From Eubacteriales bacterium (GTDB lineage: Bacteria; Bacillota; Clostridia; Oscillospirales; CAG-272), in assembly GCA_045536125.1 (NCBI GenBank), contig JAZSMX010000045.1, forward strand, positions 1 to 50,969: a DNA stretch of 50,969 bases, in the 5' to 3' direction. The notes under the pieces were generated by a model. The model ran no database searches and had not been told where the DNA came from. It saw only the letters and a program-made list of their open reading frames with translations. Made by a program: the position numbers and the translations under genes. Positions 1-6,877 of the stretch are shown piece after piece. Position 1 is the stretch's first letter. Each line of letters starts with the position of its first letter.

Positions 1-2
1 CA

Positions 3-1412
3 TTGCTCCCGGAGCATCATGCCGAGGATATTGATCTGATTATGGAGGTGGGTGCTACCACCATTCGCCTGGCGCATTATCAGCACGATCAGTATTTCTA
101 TGACCTTTGCGATGAGAAGGGACTTGTGATCTGGGCGGAAATTCCGTACATTTCCAAGCATATGCCGGGAGGACGTGAGAACACGATCTCCCAGATGAAG
201 GAGCTCGTCACACAGAATTATAATCACGCTTCGATTTGCGTGTGGGGACTTTCCAACGAGATCTCCATCGGTGGATCGGATGACGATCTGCTGGAAAACC
301 ACCGTATTCTGAACGATCTTGTTCATGAAATGGACAAGACGCGTCTGACGACGATTGCGGCAGTATCCATGTGTAAGATGGACGATCCCTATTTGCTGAT
401 TCCCGATCTTGTTTCCTACAACCATTACTTTGGCTGGTACGGTGGAGATACAAGCATGAACGGTCCTTGGTTTGACAAGTTCCATGAGGTGCATCCCAAT
501 ATTCCCGTAGGGATCAGTGAGTACGGCTGTGAGGCACTCAACTGGCATACGAGCAATCCCAAGCAGGGGGATTATACGGAGGAGTACCAGGCATACTATC
601 ACGAAGAGCTGATTAAGCAGCTCTTCAGCCGTAAGTATATCTGGGCGACGCACGTGTGGAATATGTTCGACTTCGGTGCGGACGCAAGAGCGGAAGGCGG
701 CGAGAACGGACAGAACCATAAGGGACTGATCACCATGGACAGAAAGTATAAGAAGGATGCCTTCTATGCCTATAAAGCATGGCTCTCGGACGATCCCTTT
801 GTGCATCTGTGCGGAAAGAGATACGTTGACCGTGTTGAGGACGTCACCCGAGTGACCGTTTACTCCAATCTTCCCGAGGTGGAGCTGTTTGTCAACGGTG
901 AAAGCATCGGCAAGAAGAGTGCGGAGGATCATTTCTTCTACTTTGACGTGAAGAATGTGGGTGAGAGCACAATCGTGGCTCGCGCGGGCGAGTTCTCCGA
1001 CGAGGGTAAGATTCGCAAGGTTGACGAGATGAACATGGATTACGTGCTTCGCGAGGTCGGTGCGGTCCTGAACTGGTTTGACGTTGTCGAGGTTGAGGGA
1101 AGATATTCTCTCAACGACAAGATCGGGGACATCATGAAATCCAAGAGAGGCAAGCTCTGGTTCTTGTCCGTTGGTCTTAAGATCAAGAAGAAGATGGATG
1201 CCAACAAGAAGGGCAAGAGTGACGAAAAGAAGTCCGGTGGCTTTGACGTGGATCTGAGTGCCGGTGGCGGTCTTATGGACATGATGGGCGGATTTACCGT
1301 TCTACGTCTGACCAGTATGATGGGAATGATGAACATTTCCTTCACGAAGGAAGAGCTTTTAAAAATGAACAAGAAGCTCAACCGCATTCGCAAGCCCAAG
1401 GATCTCAAATAA
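3..1412 (+). CDS. Glycoside hydrolase family 2 (beta-galactosidase/beta-glucuronidase type), C-terminal part; the 5' end lies outside the window
   Basis: The ORF is open to the window edge. TIM-barrel motifs are present: LAHYQHDQYFYDLCDEKGLVIWAEIP, VWGLSNE, ISEYGCEA and WNMFDF. A Lys/Met/Gly-rich tail follows. Confidence 0.85.
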   Translation: MLPEHHAEDIDLIMEVGATTIRLAHYQHDQYFYDLCDEKGLVIWAEIPYISKHMPGGRENTISQMKELVTQNYNHASICVWGLSNEISIGGSDDDLLENHRILNDLVHEMDKTRLTTIAAVSMCKMDDPYLLIPDLVSYNHYFGWYGGDTSMNGPWFDKFHEVHPNIPVGISEYGCEALNWHTSNPKQGDYTEEYQAYYHEELIKQLFSRKYIWATHVWNMFDFGADARAEGGENGQNHKGLITMDRKYKKDAFYAYKAWLSDDPFVHLCGKRYVDRVEDVTRVTVYSNLPEVELFVNGESIGKKSAEDHFFYFDVKNVGESTIVARAGEFSDEGKIRKVDEMNMDYVLREVGAVLNWFDVVEVEGRYSLNDKIGDIMKSKRGKLWFLSVGLKIKKKMDANKKGKSDEKKSGGFDVDLSAGGGLMDMMGGFTVLRLTSMMGMMNISFTKEELLKMNKKLNRIRKPKDLK

Positions 1413-1422
1413 ATCAAGAAAT

Positions 1423-1464
1423 ACAGCCCGTCGGTACATTTCCGTGCCGGCGGGCTGTATATTT
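1423..1464 (+). terminator. Rho-independent terminator candidate after the GH2 gene
   Basis: ACAGCCCGTCGGTAC (1423-1437) pairs with GTGCCGGCGGGCTGT (1444-1458), giving 15 bp with two G-U pairs and a 6-nt loop. It is followed by ATATTT. Confidence 0.6.
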
Positions 1465-1492
1465 GAAAAAAACCTTTTTCTTAAAAAAAGAC

Positions 1493-1521
1493 TTGAAATT
1501 TGACAGAAAATGAATTATACT
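1493..1521 (+). promoter_or_regulatory. Sigma-A-like promoter candidate for the Na/Pi cotransporter gene
   Basis: TTGAAA (1493-1498), a 17-nt spacer, then TATACT (1516-1521). It lies about 85 nt upstream of the ATG at 1605. Confidence 0.35.
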
Positions 1522-1604
1522 ATACATTAGGGCAGTTTGACCGACAGATGTTTGGTACAGCTCCCTTGCAGTATGACGATACAAAACAAAGAAAGGAACC
1601 GAAA

Positions 1605-3368
1605 ATGTTTATTCTTGAACTCCTTTGCGGTCTTGTGCTCTTCCTGTTTGGTATGGATCTGATGGGCGATGCCCTTAAGAAGAGCGCGGGATCAAGCTTG
1701 AAAACAATTCTCGGAAAAATGACATCCAATCCCTTCAAGGGCTTTTTGCTGGGACTTGGTGTAACGGCGATTATTCAGTCCTCCTCGGCAACCACCGTCA
1801 TGGTCGTAGGCTTTGTTACCTCGGGGACAATGACGCTGTTGCAGGCAACGGGGGTGATCATGGGTGCCAACGTCGGTACGGCAGTGACTGCCTGGCTGAC
1901 GGCGCTTTCGGGGCTTAACAATTCAAGTGCCAACAGTGTTGTTGAGGCGCTTTCTTTCCTAAAGCCCTCCGCTTGGCTTCCCATTGTAGCGGTTTTCGGC
2001 TTCCTTCTCTATATGTTCTCCAAACGCGGAAGACGCAAGGATATTGGTGTAGTGCTCATTGGTTTTGTTATCCTGATGACGGGTATGGATATCATGGGCG
2101 ACAGCGTCGGAGGTCTTGGAGAGCAGCTTTCCGTTCTCTTTACGATCTTTGGTGATATCCCGATTCTCGGTATTCTTGCCGGTGTGATTTTGACTGCGGT
2201 GGTACAGTCCTCCTCGGCATCGGTCGGTATTTTGCAATCATTGACCTTGGCGGGCGGTATTACCTTTGGTGCAGCGATCCCGATCATCATGGGTCAGAAC
2301 ATTGGTACCTGTGTCACGGCACTTATTTCAGCATTCAGTGCGAACCGTGACGGTAAGCGTGCCGCAATGATCCATTTGTATTTCAATATCATCGGTGTTG
2401 TTGTCGTTCTTTCCGCATTCTATCTGATCAATGCCGTTTTCCACGTGTTCGACGGTCTGGTTGCCACGGCAATCGAGCCCTTCGGTGTGGCAGCGGTGCA
2501 TACGGTGTTCAAGATCATTTCCGTTATTATCATGTTCCCGTTTTACCGCCAGCTTGAAAAGCTTGCCCGTGTTTCCATCCCCGACAGTAAGGATGAGCGA
2601 GAGGAAAAGACGGCAATGCTGGACGAGCGTCTTCTCTCCACTCCCTCCATCGCAGTGGAAAGAGCTACGCAGGTTACGCAGGAAATGGCGAATATTTCCT
2701 TTGACGCCTTCAATAAAGCCATTTCTATTTTTGACGGTGAGTTTGATCCGAAGCTTGCTGAGGAGATCCGAACACTGGAGGATCGCGCGGACAAGTACGA
2801 GGATGCGATCGGAAGCTATCTTGTGAAAATTTCAGCTTGCGATCTGAACGAACGTGATTCCAGACAGATCACAAAGCTCCTGCATCTGATTGGAGATTTG
2901 GAGCGCGTTTCCGACCATGCGGTCAACGTGCTTGAATCCAAGGAAGAAATGGTAGAGAAGAAGCTTGTCTTCTCTCAGGAGGCACAGCGCGAGGTCGCTG
3001 TGATGCGCGCTGCCGTTTCGGAAATTCTTGCACTTTCCTACGCTGCCTTGGTTGAGAACGACTTCCGCAAGGCGGCAGAGGTTGAGCCCTTGGAGGAGGT
3101 TGTCGACGATATCCGCGATCAGATCAAACTCAACCACGTCATTCGCTTGCAGAAGAGTGAATGCACCATCGAACACGGCTTCGTTCTTTCGGATATTCTC
3201 AATAATTTTGAAAGAGTTGCAGACCACTGCTCCAACATTGCGGGATGCGTCATTGAAATCTCGCAGTTCGATGCTTTGGATATGCACAAATATCTTGACG
3301 ACGTCAAACAAAACGGTGCTGAGTTTGATGAAAAGTTCAAGTTCTACAAGGAAAAGTATCAAGTTTGA
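1605..3368 (+). CDS. Na+/phosphate cotransporter family protein with C-terminal PhoU-like domain
   Basis: The QSSSATTVMVVGF and QSSSASVGILQ repeats are typical of Na/Pi-cotransporter II-related proteins. A PhoU-like segment LIGDLERVSDHAVN is present. I moved the start from the TTG at 1500 to the ATG at 1605, which has the RBS GAAAGGAA upstream. Confidence 0.85.
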   Translation: MFILELLCGLVLFLFGMDLMGDALKKSAGSSLKTILGKMTSNPFKGFLLGLGVTAIIQSSSATTVMVVGFVTSGTMTLLQATGVIMGANVGTAVTAWLTALSGLNNSSANSVVEALSFLKPSAWLPIVAVFGFLLYMFSKRGRRKDIGVVLIGFVILMTGMDIMGDSVGGLGEQLSVLFTIFGDIPILGILAGVILTAVVQSSSASVGILQSLTLAGGITFGAAIPIIMGQNIGTCVTALISAFSANRDGKRAAMIHLYFNIIGVVVVLSAFYLINAVFHVFDGLVATAIEPFGVAAVHTVFKIISVIIMFPFYRQLEKLARVSIPDSKDEREEKTAMLDERLLSTPSIAVERATQVTQEMANISFDAFNKAISIFDGEFDPKLAEEIRTLEDRADKYEDAIGSYLVKISACDLNERDSRQITKLLHLIGDLERVSDHAVNVLESKEEMVEKKLVFSQEAQREVAVMRAAVSEILALSYAALVENDFRKAAEVEPLEEVVDDIRDQIKLNHVIRLQKSECTIEHGFVLSDILNNFERVADHCSNIAGCVIEISQFDALDMHKYLDDVKQNGAEFDEKFKFYKEKYQV

Positions 3369-3376
3369 GGTGACAC

Positions 3377-4321
3377 ATGAGGCTTGATTTTGAGACCGTC
3401 AAGAGGATCACCTTCGGTGCTGTGCGCGTCTCTGAAGGGGAAGACGGATTTTGCTTTTCCAAAACGACCGAGCTTCAGGCAAACGCCTACCGCGCGCTCT
3501 CCGAGACGTTGTATAACAACGCGATCAACACAACCGGGGTACGTCTGGATTTTTTGACGGATTCCGATGACGTTGCTTTTCTCCCGGCGGTGGAAGGAAA
3601 ATACGAGGTGAAGATCGATGGGATTCTTACTTCGTACGGCACGCGTGAAGTGGGAAAGGAGTTGCGTTTTGCGTTGCCGAAGGACGGTCAACCTCACCGC
3701 GTCACTCTTTGCCTTCCTTCTCACGGATGTGGCGGAGTCCTTTCTTACGTGGAGATTTCCGACGGTGCTTCTGTAATTCCGCACACCTTTGATACGAAAA
3801 TTCTTTTTATTGGTGACTCGATCACGCAAGGCTGGAACAGCGAAATTGATTCCTTTGCTTACGCACCCTTGGTTGCGGATCACTTCAACGCGGAGAGTAT
3901 CGTGCAAGGTGTGGGTGGGGCACGTTATGAGCCCACCACGGTGGACAAGCTGGATTTCTCACCCGATACTGTGATCGTTGCATACGGAACAAACGATGCA
4001 GGGGACGGAAACATCCTTTCTGTATTGGAGGAAAAGTGTCGAGGCACCTTGGAGAAGGTAAAAGAGTATTATCCCAATGCGCGTCTAATCGTAATCACCC
4101 CGATTTGGAGATTGGATCAGGAGCTTCCCCGTGCATACGGATCGGTCACCTTGGTTTCGGAGTGCATCGCGCGCGTTGCAAATTCGCTCGGCTGTTTTGT
4201 GATCGACGGGCTGACACTTGTGCCGCACGTAAAGGAGCTTTTTATTGACAACGTACATCCGAATACCATCGGATTTGCTCAGTATGCTCACAATCTGATC
4301 AAAAAGCTTGAAAGTCTTTAA
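3377..4321 (+). CDS. SGNH/GDSL hydrolase (carbohydrate esterase-like) with N-terminal beta-sandwich-like region
   Basis: Block I ILFIGDSITQGW, block III YGTNDA and block V DNVHPN are present. The gene starts 9 nt after the upstream stop. Confidence 0.8.
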   Translation: MRLDFETVKRITFGAVRVSEGEDGFCFSKTTELQANAYRALSETLYNNAINTTGVRLDFLTDSDDVAFLPAVEGKYEVKIDGILTSYGTREVGKELRFALPKDGQPHRVTLCLPSHGCGGVLSYVEISDGASVIPHTFDTKILFIGDSITQGWNSEIDSFAYAPLVADHFNAESIVQGVGGARYEPTTVDKLDFSPDTVIVAYGTNDAGDGNILSVLEEKCRGTLEKVKEYYPNARLIVITPIWRLDQELPRAYGSVTLVSECIARVANSLGCFVIDGLTLVPHVKELFIDNVHPNTIGFAQYAHNLIKKLESL

Positions 4322-4325
4322 AAAC

Positions 4326-4360
4326 AAAAACGCAACTTCTGCAAAGGGGTTGCGTTTTTT
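4326..4360 (+). terminator. Rho-independent terminator
   Basis: AAAAACGCAAC (4326-4336) pairs with GTTGCGTTTTT (4349-4359). The T-run extends to 4360, immediately after the stop at 4321. Confidence 0.7.
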
Positions 4361-4378
4361 GACGTTTGGTGGTAAAAT
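4350..4378 (+). promoter_or_regulatory. Sigma-A-like promoter candidate for the HAD-MBL-PPTase operon
   Basis: TTGCGT (4350-4355), a 17-nt spacer, then TAAAAT (4373-4378) preceded by TGG, which gives an extended -10 TGnTAAAAT. It overlaps the 3' arm of the terminator. Confidence 0.35.
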
Positions 4379-4465
4379 ATAAAAGATGGCACGTAAAAGA
4401 CAGGCAACGGTTGCCCGATGGGTGCCGATGATGTCGGGGGAGAGCTTTGAAAAGAGGAACAGAAG

Positions 4466-5074
4466 ATGATCAAAAACATAGTATTTGATTTCGGGCAGGT
4501 GCTTGTGCGCTTTGATCCCGCTTATATGGTGGGTTGTTACGAAAATGACAGGGAGGACGCAAAGCTTCTTGCCAAGGTGATTTTTGATCGACTCTATTGG
4601 GATCGCCTTGATGCGGGAACGATCACAGACGAAGAAGTGATTGAGGGATGTCACTCCCGACTTCCAAAGCGTCTTTGGGAGGTTGCGGATCGGATCTATA
4701 ACAACTGGATCTACAATCTTCCCGAAATTGATGGGATGGGGCAACTTTTGGCTCGCTTGAAGGCACGCGGTGTACATCTGTGTCTCCTGTCTAACATTTC
4801 AACGACATTCGCTTCGCATGCTGATGAAATCTCCATTCTTTCTTATTTTGACAGTTGCGTTTTTTCGGCGGTTTGCGGATACGTCAAGCCCACAGAGGAT
4901 ATTTTTTCGTATCTGTGCAAAACGTGTGATCTGGATCCCCATGAGACGGTTTTTGTGGACGATAGCGCCGCCAACGTCAAAGGGGCGGAAGCGTACGGAA
5001 TTCGGGGATATCTTTTTGACGGAGACGCGAAGCGCCTTGAAAAATTTCTGGATCATCTTCTTTCGGAGGTGTAA
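4466..5074 (+). CDS. HAD-superfamily hydrolase (subfamily IA-like)
   Basis: N-terminal VFDFGQVLV (motif I variant), LLSNIS and C-terminal VFVDDSAANVKGAEAYG are present. Confidence 0.8.
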   Translation: MIKNIVFDFGQVLVRFDPAYMVGCYENDREDAKLLAKVIFDRLYWDRLDAGTITDEEVIEGCHSRLPKRLWEVADRIYNNWIYNLPEIDGMGQLLARLKARGVHLCLLSNISTTFASHADEISILSYFDSCVFSAVCGYVKPTEDIFSYLCKTCDLDPHETVFVDDSAANVKGAEAYGIRGYLFDGDAKRLEKFLDHLLSEV

Positions 5075-5077
5075 AAT

Positions 5078-5953
5078 ATGGTACCGTTTCAGGTTTTGGA
5101 TATGCGTGCTGTGAAGGGTGACAGCGCCTTTTTGATCGATGACGGAGTGACGTCTGTCCTTTATGATACAGGCTTTGCGTTTACAGGAAACGAGGTTGCA
5201 AAAAACGTCAAAGCAGCCCTTGGAGACCGTTCTCTCGATTATGTTTTTTTAACGCATTCTCACTATGATCACGCGGCGGGAACTCCTTATGTCAAAAGGA
5301 TTTTTCAAAATGCGACAGTGGTCGCTGGAAGCTATGCCGCACGCATTTTTTCAAAGGACAGCGCAAAGTCGGTCATGCGTGATCTGGATCGCAAAAATGC
5401 CGCTTCCACGGGGGTTTTTGAGTATGAGGATCTGATCGATGAGCTTTGCGTAGATCGCACGGTCGAGGAGGGGGATACCGTCACGGCGGGGCGGATGACG
5501 TTCGACGTGATCGCGCTTCCGGGACACACCAAGTGCTCGGTCGGATACTACTGCAGGGAATTGGATTTGCTGCTTTCCTCCGAAACGATCGGAGTATTCA
5601 ATGGGACGGACGACGTTGTCCCCTCGTATCTTGTTGGTTATGAAATGACGCTCGCCTCTATTCAAAAGGTCAAACAGCTTGCTCCCGGGCGCATTCTGCT
5701 TCCTCATTTTGGAGTGATTGAAGGAGAGCGTGCGGCGTTCTATCTCGCACGCGCTGAAAAACGTGCCGCAGAGGTTGCCGAGCAGATCAAAAAAATGCTC
5801 CTTGACGGAAAAAGCGAAGGGGAGATCATGGCATGGTTTGAGGATGCCTTCTGGCACGGCTACGTCAAGGAAATCTATCCCGTGGATGCTATGCGACTCA
5901 ACACAGGAATTATGATCCGACTGATCGCGCGTGAGCTGCTTGGATGGGAGTGA
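5078..5953 (+). CDS. MBL-fold metallo-hydrolase
   Basis: The LTHSHYDHAAG (HxHxDH) motif and a later LPGHT are present. The gene starts 3 nt after the HAD stop. Confidence 0.8.
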   Translation: MVPFQVLDMRAVKGDSAFLIDDGVTSVLYDTGFAFTGNEVAKNVKAALGDRSLDYVFLTHSHYDHAAGTPYVKRIFQNATVVAGSYAARIFSKDSAKSVMRDLDRKNAASTGVFEYEDLIDELCVDRTVEEGDTVTAGRMTFDVIALPGHTKCSVGYYCRELDLLLSSETIGVFNGTDDVVPSYLVGYEMTLASIQKVKQLAPGRILLPHFGVIEGERAAFYLARAEKRAAEVAEQIKKMLLDGKSEGEIMAWFEDAFWHGYVKEIYPVDAMRLNTGIMIRLIARELLGWE

Positions 5954-5957
5954 TTAA

Positions 5958-6629
5958 GTGAAAACAAACGAGATTTACATTGCCGATGTTACCCCCTTGA
6001 AGGATATAGGGCTTTTTGAGCGGCTTTACCGTTCACAGCCGTCTTTCAGACAAGAAAAGATTGACCGGTTGCATCGTATCGAGGACAAGCGCCTCTCACT
6101 TGGGGCAGGGGTACTTCTTTCAAGCGCGCTTTCTCATCACGGAATCCACGATTACCGCATTGCGACGGGAACATACGGAAAGCCATATCTTGACGGGCAT
6201 ACCGATCTCTTTTTCAGCCTTTCGCATTCCCATGAGCGTGTGATGTGCGTGCTTTCTCAAGGGGAGGTGGGATGTGATGTGCAATGGATGGATCCCAAGC
6301 TCGATCCGTCACTTGGCAACCGTTTTTTTGCCGCGGAGGAAATCGAGTGGATCGAAGCGGCAAAAAGCGAAGCGGAAAAAACAGAACGATTTTTCCGCAT
6401 TTGGACGTTGCTTGAGAGTGTGATGAAGGCAACGGGAAGGGGATTTTCACGTTCTGTGGGTGATTTTTCACTTGTGATCGGAGAGGGGAATCTCTTGCGG
6501 CTTCAAAGTGCCGCACCGAAGATTTGTGCGTATGCTCTTTTGGAACCGTATCGAGAGTCGGATTACAGATATGCCGTGTGCGGAGAATGCAATGCGTCGG
6601 AGCACGTAACCGTTTTTCATTTTGAATAA
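5958..6629 (+). CDS. 4'-phosphopantetheinyl transferase, Sfp type
   Basis: GKPYL, FSLSHS, VGCDV and WTLLESVMKATG match the Sfp-family motifs. It has a GTG start 4 nt after the MBL stop. Confidence 0.75.
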   Translation: MKTNEIYIADVTPLKDIGLFERLYRSQPSFRQEKIDRLHRIEDKRLSLGAGVLLSSALSHHGIHDYRIATGTYGKPYLDGHTDLFFSLSHSHERVMCVLSQGEVGCDVQWMDPKLDPSLGNRFFAAEEIEWIEAAKSEAEKTERFFRIWTLLESVMKATGRGFSRSVGDFSLVIGEGNLLRLQSAAPKICAYALLEPYRESDYRYAVCGECNASEHVTVFHFE

Positions 6630-6633
6630 CTTG

Positions 6634-6677
6634 GAAGATGTCCCCGAACCTCGGTTTTGGGACATCTTCTGTTTTTT
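6634..6677 (+). terminator. Rho-independent terminator
   Basis: GAAGATGTCCC (6634-6644) pairs with GGGACATCTTC (6659-6669). An inner CCGA/TCGG pair is present, followed by TGTTTTTT. Confidence 0.8.
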
Positions 6678-6764
6678 ATCTGAAAATGTCTCGCTTTTTG
6701 TTGGATTTTATCAAAAAAAGAGAGGGCTTGACGATCAAAATGCACGAAAAAACCCAAAACACTC

Positions 6765-6793
6765 TTGACTTGAAGATATATCTATGGTATAAT
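6765..6793 (+). promoter_or_regulatory. Near-consensus sigma-A promoter ahead of the polysaccharide locus
   Basis: TTGACT (6765-6770), a 17-nt spacer, then TATAAT (6788-6793) with an extended -10 TGgTATAAT. Confidence 0.6.
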
Positions 6794-6877
6794 ATAATGA
6801 AACTTTGTAATCTATTGTCAAAAATCTTGATTTTTTGACGGAGAGTATTTCCGTAAAAAAATCAAACGGAGGTTGTA

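Noticed and set aside
1500-1604. N-terminal extensions in the ORF track: 1500, 12978, 14183, 16575, 18794, 20073, 37122-37310, 45194-45220, 45839 and 49335.
   Set aside because: In each case an internal ATG is preceded by a good GGAGG-type RBS and coincides with the conserved N-terminus of the family. The extension overlaps the upstream gene or the promoter region.
4386-4469. A 27-aa upstream ORF (MARKRQATVARWVPMMSGESFEKRNRR) whose TGA overlaps the HAD start codon.
   Set aside because: It has no convincing RBS and sits in a short leader with GC-rich nested inverted repeats (GGCAC...GTGCC, GGCAAC/GTTGCC). It is probably a chance ORF, and I have no way to test conservation here.
6638-6838. A 66-aa ORF in the spacer upstream of the glycan locus.
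   Set aside because: It begins inside the terminator hairpin, spans the promoter hexamers and has no RBS.
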